A DNA stretch of 63,578 bases, the filler included, from Streblomastix strix (Eukaryota): assembly GCA_008636045.1 (NCBI GenBank). It is 3 parts of 3 records of this genome, joined end to end, with 100 filler letters (N's around TTAATTAATTAA, not from the genome) between each part and the next. Parts side by side here need not be neighbours in the genome. Positions count along the whole stretch, not along the records: positions 21,253 to 42,379 come from SNRW01000396.1; positions 42,480 to 63,578 come from SNRW01000397.1; 1 more part is not named here. One strand, written 5' to 3'. Below are positions 37,586 through 51,920 of the stretch, piece after piece. Position 1 is the stretch's first letter; the number at the start of each line of letters is the position of its first letter. The notes below the pieces were generated by a model. The model was not told the origin of the DNA. It saw only the letters and a list, made by a program, of their open reading frames with translations, and searched no databases. Made by a program: the position numbers and the translations under genes.

Positions 37586-40500
37586 TCACTTCTTTCCTAT
37601 TTAAGAAACATCCCCATATACCATCTATACATCATCATCCATATTTTGTTCGTCTAAAATAATCAAAGGAGTTTTTTCATTAACAATAAATATACTTTGA
37701 GCTGGTGATGAATCTGGAATTGAAAAATGTTGATGGTGTCTGTTTGAATGTGTATGCGTATGTGTATCAGAATTAGAATGATGAAGTGATTAAGGATTAA
37801 TAAAAACTTAATTTTAATTTGAATTTGTATCTAAATATGGAATTTGATGGTTTGATATTGATGTTTATTGGGACAAATGTTAATATCCAAAAGGAGGAGG
37901 AGGAAGAATTGTTACTGGAGAAGAGAATAATGATGAAGAAGATTAATATTATTATTAATATTATTATTAAGATTATTATTAAGATTATTGAAGTGGATGA
38001 GATAAAACATCGCTGTTGTTTAAACTGACTGTAAATTTTAATATAAAAAATATTAATATTAAAATATAATAAAAATTAAAATTTATTAATAAATAAATTA
38101 TTGTATTGATAAAACATACATTATTATTCATTTGGTAGATTGTTCCTATTCCCATAGTCGTATTCAATAACAGATCTGCTCAAAATATGTCTCATTCTCT
38201 TTCTACCTTTCTTTGTACTGACAACCTGCAAATAATAAATAGAAATATAAAGATATGATAAAATATTTAAATTAAATTAATTTTAATTATTATTTAATAA
38301 TTGAATAAATTTATTTATTTATTTATTTCTATATATTATTAGTTATGTTTTAATTAAATACCATCTTCCATTTATCTTCAGAATATATTATATGTTCAGG
38401 AGTTACTGGAATTGTCAAGAAATGTCTAAAATCAATCGCATTATCCAAAGAAGATGGAATTTCACGATGTTTTCCTGATAAGATAATGAAACATTAAGAT
38501 GTAAAATTAAAATTAAGTAAATTCAATTATTCAAATATAAATATATTTTTATTTCCAATCATTATACCAAAGAACATCATCATAACAAAAATAATTCTCG
38601 ATAAATCCTTAAAAAAAGGCCTTTGATTAGATCCTGAATATGATGCACACCCTAATGATATGCCAACATTTCCATATGCTGACACTAAATCAAATGCGAT
38701 GCGAAGTGCAGGAAAAGTGACATTATGAGGTTTGTTTATTTATTTTATTTCTTTACGGTTGTTATTCTTATTTTATTATTATTGTAATTATTACTATTGT
38801 GAATAAGAATCTGTTTGAAATAGTGATAAATTAAGAATGCATTAATTGTTCAAGGTCTGGTTAAATGATTATAATTCTTCAGTTATTACTTCAATCTATT
38901 ATTTAATCTCTAATTACTTCTACTTCACTTCAACTTCACTCATTCCAATTCTATAATCAATTTCCTTATCTTCTCCTTTCAAAAACTTCTCTTCCATAAC
39001 AAATACAGCAAATAAAGCAATCAGAATCCACCATAGATCTCGACCTTCAGTTGTATCTTGTTATTGTCTGAATAATTTGACTATGAAGGAAATTGCAATC
39101 TTCCATTTCTCAGCTTATGACTTCTTGACTTTAATTGGACGATGTGGTTTTTGTAGTTATTTTTGTTGGTGTTATTTTTTATTCAGTTTATTTGTGTTGT
39201 TTTATTCGTTTGTGTTGATATTCTGGTTATTTGGAGTTCCTAATATATTATTATTGTTATCTGACTCTATTGGAACATTTGGTGATTAATCTTGATCCTG
39301 AGCAAAAATGCCATATTATATGGTTGCTTATCGACTTACATATTTCTTCCTTCTATTTTTAGATGCTTTAGAGTTTCTTTATTAATTATTTATCAATCCT
39401 TCACTGATATCATCATCTTAAGTTACATTCTAATGTGAATGTTTAATTTTTTCTTTCATCTTCTATTATTATTAATCATTATTTATTGAATCTTTCTATT
39501 ATTACCCTTAAATTTATTATTCTTATTCTTTTTTATTCTCTTCTTTATCTTCATTAAAAACTGATAGTTTCTGGAGTTGTAATAAACTTCCTCTCGAATA
39601 TTTATTAGATTATGTCTTTACTTCATCATATTATGACTTTTATTATGTTTGTTATTAAAATGAAGATGGTTAAGGAACTAAAACTGAAGTATATTACGTT
39701 GATAATGACTGATTTTATTATTATTAATTTTATTATTGTTGTTAATGTTAATAATTTAACAACGAAGCATGATATGTTAATTCCAACTAATCAGATTCAC
39801 CCGCCTAAGAAATCTTCTTCTATGATTTTCTCTTCGAATGGGATCTAGATAATTACTGTTTTTATTTCTATTATTATTTCTATTATTTATTTTATAATAG
39901 AAATAACTATGAAGATGGTCTTGTGAAAGACGGTGATGATGTTTATTGAGAAGTTTGAGGAGAAAATGTGAGTTTGCGAAGTGAAGAAGAAGAAGAATAA
40001 ACTGTCGGACTTGAAAAAATGTTTATTTGTTACTAATTTTATTACAATTAATTTTACTATAATTAATTTTATTATAATTAATTTTATTACTAACTTTAAA
40101 ATTGACTTTACTATTATTGATATTATGTTAAAGTTACATCATATTAATGCTTCTAATAGTTCTGAAGCAAAGAAGAAGTAGGAGAAGATGATGAAGTTGT
40201 ATATGCTTAGAAAGTAGCTGGTGAATATCGTTATTGATTCTATTATTAATTATTAGTTAATTATTATTATGAAGTTGATTATGATTATAACTGATTGCTG
40301 AATCTATCCTGCTTGAATCCAACAATCGTTTTGCTTCTCTGCTTAAACTTCAGTGTTTTGTTTAATTCTTATTTTTCTAATTCTTTTTGCTTCTCTTTTT
40401 CTTTCTTTTATTTCTAATTATCAGTATCTATGAAATCTTCAACATTCACAGCAGTTTCTTTCAGAGCCATAATAAAAGGATAAGGTCCAAAAAACATTAC

Positions 40501-42379
40501 TGCTATCAGAATCCACAGTACAGCAACATGCAATTTATCCTCTTATAGGAAAGAAAAACCAGCTGCGCGTGTGTTTATGCAGAATACAAATGCAAGTATG
40601 AAGTTTCCGAATCCAGAATAATCTCATTATTTTTGTTAATATTTCAGTGTTTTCCAGTCAATTCCCAATATTGGGATTAGTTGGATGAGTGTCATTATTC
40701 CGAATAGATATGCAAGTGTTCGTGTTTACACTGAAGAAAACATGTGTGTGTAACACTGGGGAAATAAATATAGAAATAAAATACAGAATTAAATAAATAA
40801 GAAATAAATAAATTAATATTAAATTAAAAATTTATTTATTTTTTTTTCTATGTTTCTATTTATGAATTTAATATAATAAACTTTACGAGATGAGACCATA
40901 AGATAATGATAAATTGGCCTTTGACTACCTCCTTTATCTTTTGTTATCTGAATAAATATTAAAATAAAAAGAAAATTTAAATTCATTATATTATAATTCA
41001 TTATCTTTTTATATTTACATTTTCTCAATCATTTCAAATATATAATTTCTCCACTCAATTACTCATTTACCCAAACCTCAATCATCAATCTAAAGAACAC
41101 CGGGAACATAGTATGTCCAGCAGCAATCAGTAATCCAATAGGAAGAATAACTGCCCATTAACCCCTTATATCTGATAAGCTCCCGTAATCCAGAATAGAC
41201 AGCATCGCATTGTTGAATGAAGATACAACTGCGAATATTGAGAATCTCACAGCTGATATTCCTTAGTCATCCAGTTGATATGACAGAACTTCCTGCATCC
41301 AGGGTAGTAGTGATGATGCTGTATATATCCATATGAAACCTACTATGTATATAATGAATATATACAACCAGACATACTTGATGATCTTACCCATGGCTGT
41401 ATATTCATAGATTGAGTCATATAGAGGTTCATCACAAAGGACATCTGGTGTGTTTATTAGAGGGAATTATTGTTATGGGGATTGATGTTATTATTATACA
41501 TTTGATTATTATTATGTTGATTATTATGTTGATTATTATTATATGGTTTATTAAATAGTTTATGATTATTATTATTATTATTATTATTCTAATTGAAATG
41601 ACTATTATGATGCATGTTGATAAGACGTTGATGATAAAATCGGATAAATAGTTGGTTATTATTAATGTGATTTGTGAGGCTGATGTTCAACACCTTACAA
41701 CTATTCAATAGCTTTGAATTATCCATTTTTGTCTGATTCACTGAAGAAATTCAAATTATCTTTTTTATCTTATTTTTCTTACTAGTGGTCTTTATTAGAA
41801 TCATATGAGCTTGAGTTTTCTATTCCAGTTAATAATGATGATGAAGATGAAGAAGATGATGATAAATATAAGGAAAGTGATGTTTGAGATGAAGAAGAAG
41901 AAGATGATGATGATGAAGAAGAAGATGATGAACTTTCAGAATCATCAATTGTTGAATTATCTTTATTTTCAATTTTATTTCCAGTTGTTTCTTAATTCTC
42001 TATTTTAACAGCAAAATCAATTTTTGAAAATTACTCTGTTTCATCATCAATTATTGTGTCTTTTTAACTCCATTTCTACTTTTCTTATTTTATTTACTGC
42101 TAAATTCCTTCTAATGTCTGGCTTTTATCTATTTTTTCATATGATTCATTTGATGCATCTTATGAGTTTAAATTGGTTTATTCTTTCTTACCTTATTTTT
42201 TAATGAGTTCTTCATCTTTGTTGAGCAGAAGATATTAGTCATCTTCTTTTTCATCATTATTTTCTCTATCTTCAATTTTAATTTTCTTTTTTGATATTTT
42301 TTAATCTTTTTATTTTTTATCAATTTTTTCTCTTTTTTATTTTTTCTTCAATTTTTCCTTCCTTCTTCTTTTTTCCTTC
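37586..42379 (-). CDS. Trk/HKT (TrkH family) cation transporter with long poly-Gln loops, 5' end missing
   Basis: FAVVSSFNNAM, LIAAGHTMFPVFFR, CYTHMFSSVQT, INTRAAGF, AFDLVSAYGNVGISLG and GKHREIPSSLDNAI are Trk pore-loop motifs. Confidence 0.88.
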
Positions 42380-42479
42380 NNNNNNNNNNNNNNNNNNNNN
42401 NNNNNNNNNNNNNNNNNNNNNNNTTAATTAATTAANNNNNNNNNNNNNNNNNNNNNNNNNNNNNNNNNNNNNNNNNNNN
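42380..42479. other. Artificial contig-joining linker
   Basis: N44-TTAATTAATTAA-N44. Confidence 0.97.
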
Positions 42480-44173
42480 CTGCAGCAATTTAACCTATGG
42501 ATTCTGGAATAATTCATAGTGTGAAAAAGCGATACAAAACTATAATTACTTAAAGACTTTTCGAAGATGCTTTGTCCAATACACCATCAACGTTGGATCT
42601 GTACTAGGCATGTGTTTTAATTAATAGAGTCTGGGCTGAAACAAAAGCAAGTGTAATTCAACATTGTTTTGCTAAAGCTTGGGGTAATAACATTTTTGAT
42701 AAATTGCATGTTGACATTGAATTTGAATCAAAAGAATAAATTGAGTAAGAATGCTAAGATTTATAAGATTTTGACGAAAAAAATAATGAATAGACAAGAG
42801 TTGCACTTACAGAATAGGAAATTGTTAACTATGTATTAAACAAATATCAGAAAGAAAACTAAGATGAATAACTAGAGGAAGTTGGAAATGAAGTTTGTAC
42901 TACACAGCAAGCTTATCATGCTCTTCATCAAATAAAGATATATTTAAGTGATGAGAAATATCTTAACGTTATAAATGATTTAAGACGTGTTCTTGAGTTG
43001 TAAAGGGAAAATTTATTAACTTAATCAAATTTAAATATCTTCTTACATCAGAATAATTAGAAAATGATAGTTAATGAAAAAACAATTGAAATGAAATAAA
43101 ACAATAATGAAGATGTAAATGCAACTGGTACTTAATAAGAATAACAAGAAGATTATCTTACCTAACTTCATAAAATGTATGTATCTATTTGCATCTCGCA
43201 AGAAAATGAAGAATCCGATTATGATAATTAAGATATTGAGATAAGTGATCATATGCAAACTCTAGAAAATTCAAACATTGTTCAAAGTACAAACGAAAAT
43301 AAATCATAGATAAACCATAAATTAATAAAATCTGCAGTTAGCAAACTTACACCTATTCCAATAATAAAAGAATCTCATTCAATTTCAAGTAAACCTATAA
43401 TAAAAACCAAATAGTCATAACTCATTACACAATAAAAAGAAAAATTGAATCAAACTAACAAACTTTCTCCTTCAGAATTCTTTAAATATAGTGCAATTAA
43501 TAGGTTTCGCTCCGTTTGGCAATCATAATATGAGATTTTTGACAATTAAGGACAGGGAAATTGCTTATATTTGTTTGATTAAATAGTAGAAAGTTAATTT
43601 ATTTTAAAATTTAATTTGCATTTTATTTATTTTTACATTTAATTAATATTATATATTATTAGTGCGCTTTGCCACTAGCTTGGATTTGATTAAGAAGATC
43701 ACGATAAACTAAGAGAATCATCTGTACATTTTTTGTTAGAACATGCTGAAATGATACCTTTTGTGACAGATCTGAATGAACTTGCTGAAGATAGAATACT
43801 AAAATTGACCGAAGGAGACTGGGGTGGATCGGAATCATTGTAAGCTGTAAGCACACATTTTGAGTGTCCAATTGCGGTTCATGATATTTATGGATAAATA
43901 ACTTGGATTGGAAAAAATTAAAAGCTAGAAGCATTACACGTTGGGTTTATTAACGAAAACCATTACGTATCCATGAAACTTAAAGCGAAGAACTAAACAG
44001 AACAAATTAGCGAAATTCAAACTGGGGATGAATAGCTTATTTGCGATAAAGTTGATGAGAGTGACCAAAATACGAATATGGATGACGATTGCTATATTAT
44101 TGATTAATCTTAGCAAAGCGATAATGATGATGAAGATAATGAGTTTGATAACTATAATCGCTTTGGCTTTTGA
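42480..44173 (+). CDS. pogo/Tigger-family DDE transposase (C-terminal part) fused to an OTU cysteine-protease domain
   Basis: AAIQPMDSGIIHSVKKRY...VWAETKASVIQHCFAKA (DDE_1 end) runs without a TGA into DNQGQGNCLYF|ALCHQL...WGGSESLQAVS...LHVGFINENHYVSM (OTU). Intron 43573-43662; TGA at 44171-44173. Confidence 0.88.
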
Positions 44174-44349
44174 ATTTATTTATACATTTAATTAAGATTC
44201 AATAATTTATCATTCAAAATTAATCTTTTTAGATTCGTCTTAAATAAATTATAAATTATGAGTGCAAAATTATTATATCTAAAATGAGCTGTTTTATTTA
44301 AATTACATTTTCATAATAAAATGAAATAAGTTATTAATAAATCAACATA

Positions 44350-47300
44350 TTAATCAATCAGTATTTTTCGTTGATAATTGTATAACTGTTATAACTATTC
44401 TAAGTATTTTTTTTGCTTCGGCCAACTGAACATCTGGATAAACTTCCATTAATTAAATTCTCTTTCTGATCATCAAATCAATATTGCATTTAAATAAATA
44501 AAAATTATGAAACATATTACTTTCTTATGTGAATTCTTAATTTCAATTTTTACTCATTCAAACTCTGGCTTAAATGATCTGATATCCAAATTTCTCCCCT
44601 TAAACTATTTCTTTTCCAAAAGAATTAAAATTTACATAAAGATACTTAATTCAAAAAATTAATATCTATGACATTTTGTTACCAATTCTAACATATCATA
44701 TTCTTGCTTTTCTATTTTTCAATTACACAAAGATAATTTATGTTGAATTAGAAATACGAATTTCACAAATATTACTGCAGAAATTTGATCTAATATATAC
44801 AAAATTTTTATTTTACTCAAGAAATTTTGTATATCACTGGTTTATTTATAATAATAATTATAACTTATATAAAATATTTCATTTCACAAAAATTTTTCAT
44901 TTGAATTGATTGTAATCTATTTAGTTTGGAATAAGAGGGTGCTTTGTTAATGTCGTTTAATAAAAATAATTATTTAAATTATAATTTTCAAAGTTCTTAA
45001 TGGATATCTATTAGCAAATCATTAAATTTTTTATAGATTAATTAACATTGTTTAAGTAACTTTTCTAATGATTTCAAAATGTTGAATCATTTTTTTAAAA
45101 ATATCTTTCATTTTATATAGACCTTTCTGATTATAACTTTAAATCATATAGATAATTGAATTTTTATCAAAAATACAAAAAATTAAGAATATATATTTCA
45201 ATCTGAATTTTTCTTAATTATAAAATCGACTAAAAGCATTTAATACTGAATTTTTGATTATCAAAAACAGTTACACCTCTAGTTAAAAATAAAAATTATC
45301 AGACAGTTCAGATAGAAATTTGTTTTATAATATATTTTCTTGTTTATATTTTAAAAATAAGGAAGTTTGATTTTATTAATTAACAATATATTGCAACCTA
45401 AAAGTGAATCATCTCTTGCAAATTTATTTAATCCTTCTATTGAAAATTTTCTTAAAAATTTTCTCAAATATTCTCTACAAATATTGTTTATTTTTTAGAG
45501 ATCTTATTAAATTACATTAAACTTAATCAAAATTATTGATATAAAATATTTACTACAAAACAAGTATTTTAGATGTTTTAATCTAATTTACCAAAAAATT
45601 ATTTATTTTTTGATTGAATTTTTCAAGCTTACACGTTACAATCAAACAATTATAATTGAGTAATAAAAAATATTAAATTTAATATAAATATACATTATTT
45701 ACAAAAAATATTCTTACAAATATATGTTTATACTATTGAAACTAAATATAAATCAATTTATTTAAAAAAATTTAAATATTTTTTCAATTAATGACTTGAT
45801 TATAGTTTTATTAAGCAATTTTAATAATTTATCTTTTATTGTTGAAGTTTCTATTCTGAAATTATAATTTTTTCAAAAAAATCAAATTGCATTGTATATT
45901 TAGCGCAACAAATTCAAACTTTTGCCGAATAACATTTTGTTTTGATAATTATTTATTTTTTTAAAAATAAGCCTGTGAAGCGGAGCAAAATTACTCAATA
46001 AAATCAACAGATATTGCAAGATTCACACAATGTTGTTCCGTATATAGTCTTAATACCATCCAAAACTTTGCAAGTTTATTAACTTTATACATATTTTAAA
46101 TAAAATCAAGAGAATCGTATTCATTTTAATGTATAAAAGTTACATATATGCGTATTGGTTGAAAAATTCATCAATCAAATTAATCTACATTTGAATTGAA
46201 GATATTACAATTGAATAAATGATTGTATACGTTATATTTTTTTAATTGAAAATTTTGAAAGTATTGCTTTTATGACTATATATTTTTATTAACAACAAAA
46301 TGATAATTTAGATATGTATGAAAATTGAAAATTCTTAAAATAATAACAAAATTTTTATAATTAAGAGGATATTTAACGTGTTGAAAATATATTTATTTTA
46401 GGTATCATGTATACAAAATATAATATATTAACATTAAATATTAAAAACTTCTCAAAAATTTAGGAAAAATCAACATCTTTAAATTATATAAAGATAATTT
46501 ATTTAAAAAATATTTATTATTTTATGAAATATATAATTTAATTTAATTATTAATTAAATAATATTTGTATTATATTTGCAGTTTATTATTAAATTTAACA
46601 ATTTTTGAAAAGAAATTATTAAAAAAAAATTCGTTTAAAAATTATTGTCTCAAATTAATTATAAGAAAATTACCTATTTCTAAGTTTTTGAGAAGTGTAC
46701 TAATTTAAATGTTTATTGATTATATTTTATATGTCATATATATAAAGCAAATATATTTTCAATTCATTAAATATATTCTAATTCATAAAATTTTGATATG
46801 GTTTTAAGAATTTTCAATTTTTATACATTTTAAATTTATCATCTGAACGATTTCCATCGAACCTAAACAAATTTATTTTGATTAATTTAAATATATCGTA
46901 AAAAGTTTCTTTATTCTCTGAAATATGTTCGTCCTGCATTAAATGCTTATTTATGAAGAAAATCAATATTAAATTTACAAATAACTGTAAATAAATAAAA
47001 TTTATATGAAGATTTAAAAAAATTGGATTTCAGTACAATTCCATATAAAACTTTTTGCATTATTAATGCTTTATTAATGAAGTAAATAATAAAATTATAT
47101 TAATAAATTTTTATTATCTTATATATATATAAAGGACTTGGAAAAAGTCCTTCTGGCAAACTTTTCTTTGGATTGAGAAACAGTGACATTATATTATATA
47201 AACATATACATATATAATAGTGAATAAAAGAAAGTAAAAAATAAAAGGTTTTATTGCTTGATTATTCAACCAATAAATCCTATAATTTACATTTTTTTCG

Positions 47301-48150
47301 ACTTATTATCATACGTATATAAAAAAACATAATATCAAACCATTGTTTCTCAAGCTAAAGAAAAGTTCGCTAGACGGGTTTTTCAGGGAACGATATATAT
47401 ATATATATATTACATTAATTTTTCTTTTAATCTTTAATTGAATTTATTGAGCATATATTGTAGATTCAGATTCAATAACACCAATTATTTAATTGAATTT
47501 TTCTTGCATTCTTGAATTTTTGATTAAAAACAATAGAACATTTGATTCTGTTTTTACACTTTCAACTTGTTATTTTTGCTGCTGAACAGAAGATTGTGTA
47601 TTTTATTAGTTTATTTTTCCATAGATGCATGTATAAGTTCTAAGAGTTTCAACTAAAAAACAACTTCCACATCTTTCAAAATAGTAATATGGATTCTTTA
47701 ATAATATTTAAATATATTCAGTTTCTACTTTTTTATTAGCTGTACAATTAAACGCTTTATGTTATCCATCTTTATTACAACTAATTGCGTTCGATTACGT
47801 TTATGGTTAGTAATATTTATAAGTTAATAACTAAAAATAATAAGTATTTTGAAGCATTCCTTACGAAACGTTAATAAAGTATAAAAGAAATCTTATAACT
47901 ATTAAATTTTTTTACAAGTTTTGAAGGTGATTTTTTTCGTTTTTAATGGAAACGTATTAAATTTTAACATTGTTGAATTTTTAAAAGAAAATAATTTATT
48001 GCTGAGATTTCAATGAACACGCAAATCCTTAAACAATTCATTGAATAAAATTTAATGATTGCATCTAATTTTTTATTGTAAATGATTTCAAATAATAATC
48101 CTTAAATAAAATTTAGAAAATTATCACTATGCAGTTAGAAAGCGGAGACA
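44350..48150 (-). other. Putative cargo region with unrecognised minus-strand coding segments
   Basis: Plausible open frames with TAR=Gln at ~44354-44700 (spliced, ...GEIWISDHL...EVYPDVQLAEAKK) and ~47480-47800 (...KNPYYYFERCGSCFLVETLRTYTCIYG...). No family recognised. Confidence 0.3.
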
Positions 48151-48283
48151 CATAATATTAACTCAAATAATAAAAATAAAATATTATATCATATTTAAAT
48201 TAAATATTTTAATAAAAAAAATTATTTTTTATTTTAAAATTTTTATTATTTATTAATATAAAAATTTTAATATTAAAATTTTT

Positions 48284-48425
48284 CGTACGAATTAAATAAA
48301 ACAAAAATTCGAATTATCCGATGAATTTTATACGAAATTATTCCAACATTGAAAAAATTAAACTAAAAATTTGAATTATCCGAGTGTGCGAATTAAACGG
48401 CGTACGAATTAACCGAGTTCTACTG
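48284..48425 (-). repeat. pogo/Tigger terminal inverted repeat with subterminal transposase-binding repeats
   Basis: Minus strand TA|CAGTAGAACTCGGTTAATTCGTACGCCGTTTAATTCGCACACTCGGATAATTC. The motif (C)GAATTAWMCG occurs at 48310, 48373, 48389 and 48405, with a partial copy at 48288. Confidence 0.85.
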
Positions 48426-48427
48426 TA

Positions 48428-51400
48428 AATGATTCATATGATGCTATTGATGAAATTGGATTTGAATGTGAGTTAATTGATTAATAATTGGAAGAAGAAG
48501 GTTAATTATGATTATTTATTTCTGGAAGATAAAGAATTTGGAGTTTATTTTAATTCTATATTTATTTTTCATTTATTTTTTTTTTATTTTTATCTTTTTT
48601 TTTTCTTTCTTTATTTATTATTATTACTTTTATATTTATTATTATTTCTCAGAATATGTTTTTGTATTTACAATAATTGGAATTGTTCCATTCTTTCCTC
48701 CACCAAATATACAGAAACCATCTTTATTAATAAATAAAGAATAAATAAATTATAATTAAATAATTGAATAGTAAATTAATAAAATAAATCAATAAATGAA
48801 GAATAAAATAATTAATTAATAAATTAAATAATAGAAAAACCAGCAATTTAATGAAGTCCAGCCGTGAATTACAATAATTATGATGTTTAAGATGTAGAAG
48901 AATATAAAGAAGACAAAGATAATGATTAAGTTTATGATTAAGATTAAGATTATGATTATTAAGATAATTTAGAATGTTAAGTATGTTATGAATGATCTGA
49001 ATGTTATGATTATTATTAATCCTATTATTATTCCAATTAAGTTTATTAATTTAATTATTTATTAGATTATGAAGGAGAAATAATTTATAATTACAATTAT
49101 TATTATCTATCAGAAGAAAACTAAATGTATTATTATCTTTCAGAAGATAATTAAATTTATTATTTTTTTATTGATGTTAGATTTTGATCAAATTATTTAC
49201 TTAAATTTGAATGAGTAGAACATTATTTGTGAGACGATAAAAATGAAAGTTATTATTATTATTATTATTATTTTGATTCATTATTTGATTTATATTTATC
49301 TTTATATCTTTCTTATTAATAATCTTCTAATTATTCTTATTACAAATTTGTATTCTTCAATCTTTCTTATATTCGAGTTTTTTCTTTATCAATTTCTAAT
49401 TCATATTCTTATATTTCATTTAGTCCCAAATAATTATATGCTTATTACAAATAATTTTAAATTTCGTCAATAATTTTCCAAGTATTTTCCATGATATCAA
49501 CTTATTAATTCAATTCAGACTCTTCTATTTATTTTTCAATTCTCATTTCTTGTAATTTTTAAATTTCATCTGGATATTGTTTATATGAATATGAATATTT
49601 ATCTTCTTCAAATTATTATTCAATTTATTCTTAATTTCAATCTAAAATAAATTTATTCTTTTTCTTTTTCTTAATCAATAATTATCTTTATTTCAATTTA
49701 TTTAATGGACATTTATCTATATTACAGGTCAGATCAGAAAAAGGTTAACTTAAATCAGGAGTTGGAAGAGAATTAAGATAAGAAGGTGCATTATTTATAT
49801 TTATATTAATATTTATATTAGAATTATTATTATAAATGTTTGATTATATCGGAGTTATTTGTATTTATTGATTTAGGGTATTTTTAATGTTGAATGAACT
49901 TGATAATGAGGAAATAATGATTATAATTCTGAATATATTTATTATTAATTTAATTCTTATTATTATTTTATTAATTAATCTTTTAACTTTTAATATCCAT
50001 AGATTTCTTCAAATTATTTTTACTATAATGCAAAAAGAATTAATTTCATCTTTTATGCATAAAATTATTAATATTTGATTTATTATTGTTGTTGTTGTAT
50101 TTATGAATATTTAATTTCATCAAGTGCTTTTTCTTTAGCTTTTTGAATGAATGGAAGATTTGGAAGTAGAGAAAGTGAATTAAATTAATAATATTATTAT
50201 TATTGTTGTTATTATTAAGATAATGAATAAGGTGAAGAAGATGAATATCCATCAATCCATTTGATTTGTTTTTGTTTTTGATTCAATTATTATAATTATT
50301 CTATTAAATATTATAATAATTCTATTGAATATTTTTATTATTGACGATTTAATATTAAGGTGGAACACATGCTCCTTATATATGAAAATATTTTCTTTCT
50401 AAAAAATTGTTTAATTGAATTTGATATCTGAGATTAAGAATATGAATCAAACAATTATGTTATTAGAGTTTGTTTATTTAATTATTAAAATTTATTAATA
50501 ATTATTTATTCTTTCATATTCTTATTTTAATTCTTATTTATATATTAATTCATTATTATATAATTAACTCTCAGCATCAATATGAATAAATGGAACTATT
50601 TATTTTGGAGGAGGATGAATTCTATCGTATTATTATAATAATGAAATTGTTTCTTATTAATTTTGAAATGTAGAATAAGATTATTATTTATGAGAATCAA
50701 CTAATTATAGTCTGTTTTATTTATTAAAAATTTATTTCTATTTATTATTTTATTTAATTATAACATTTTATTAATTATTATTTTTTGATTGATTCATTCT
50801 AGATGTTTATGATTCGATTTATTTTTTATTCAGATATTTGAGTTGATTTCGAATTATTTAAGTTTCAAGATGAATTAATTGCATTTGCACTTCCAGATCG
50901 AATTCGTGATGATGATTATTATGAAATTGAAGTAAATTATTATTATTATTAATTTTGAGATTGAATCGAAGATTCATTCATATTAAATTTCTTTCATTTT
51001 ATTTAATAATTTGATTATTTGAATTAGATCTTGTAATATTTTCAAAGATATTCAAACATTGAGAATAATTCAATTATTCATATGAATCAATATGTTATTT
51101 ATCATGTTATATTGGTAATGAAATCTCATTTGGTAATTCCTAAGATAAATAAATAATAAATTGGTTATAATAGAAAATAATATCAAACTTCAATTTTATA
51201 TATTTTATCAGAAGTAAAGATGAAATTCGCTGTTATGAGTGAAAATAAAGTTTGTGAAGCAAGTTCTTTGAAACCAAATTATTTCTAATTGTGATGAAAG
51301 AAGTAATCGCAGATATCATAATATATAATATGACTAAATAAATGGGAAAATGGTAAGATTAAATAATTATATTAGAATTTAAAAATCATACCTTCAATTA

Positions 51401-51920
51401 ATACAGATTTGAGTTCAGACTCCTCAGAAAATTGGATATGGAAGTGAAATCTAGTTTCCAGAAGTCTGAAAATGATGTAAACATATTAAAAATTGAATAA
51501 TAATTAATAAATACCTTTGATGCGTTGTATAAACTCTCTAAATAAACTTGTGGAAAGAATTATCATTTAGACAAGCTTCTATGACAAAAGAATTTGTAGA
51601 TTAGGTTGTTTGAGGTTTCTGGAACTGAAAAAAGATAAGATTAATTGAAATATTAAATTTAAATAACAATTATACCTATTTTAAAAAAGATATTTCCAAG
51701 TAAAGCCAAGACGTTAAGCATCATTAACTCAAGGAATTTTTAAAAATTCTTTCCAGGCTTGATTTACCGAGTCTGTGCCACAAATAATTCGAATACATTT
51801 GAAATTTATAACTTAATCTTTGCATAATAATGAAATATTAACTTCTTTTGCATTAGTAGTCTATGTGCGACGTGGAGTAGTGAAATTTGCTAAAATGTCG
51901 AAATGCGGATGCTGCCATGA
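48428..51920 (-). pseudogene. Decayed multi-exon gene with long Gln/Asn-rich tail, cut at its 3' end by the pogo terminus
   Basis: Spliced 5' exons (HPHFDILANFTTPRR...AWKEFLKIP*) contain in-frame TGAs. Gln-rich coding-like sequence runs right up to the TA at 48426. Confidence 0.45.

Larger units (their letters stand above)
42480..48425 (+). mobile_element. Large pogo-type DNA transposon (left end off-contig, at least 5.9 kb)
   Basis: Transposase at the left; right terminus ...CGAATTAACCGAGTTCTACTG followed by TA at 48426-48427. That both belong to one element is inferred. Confidence 0.65.
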
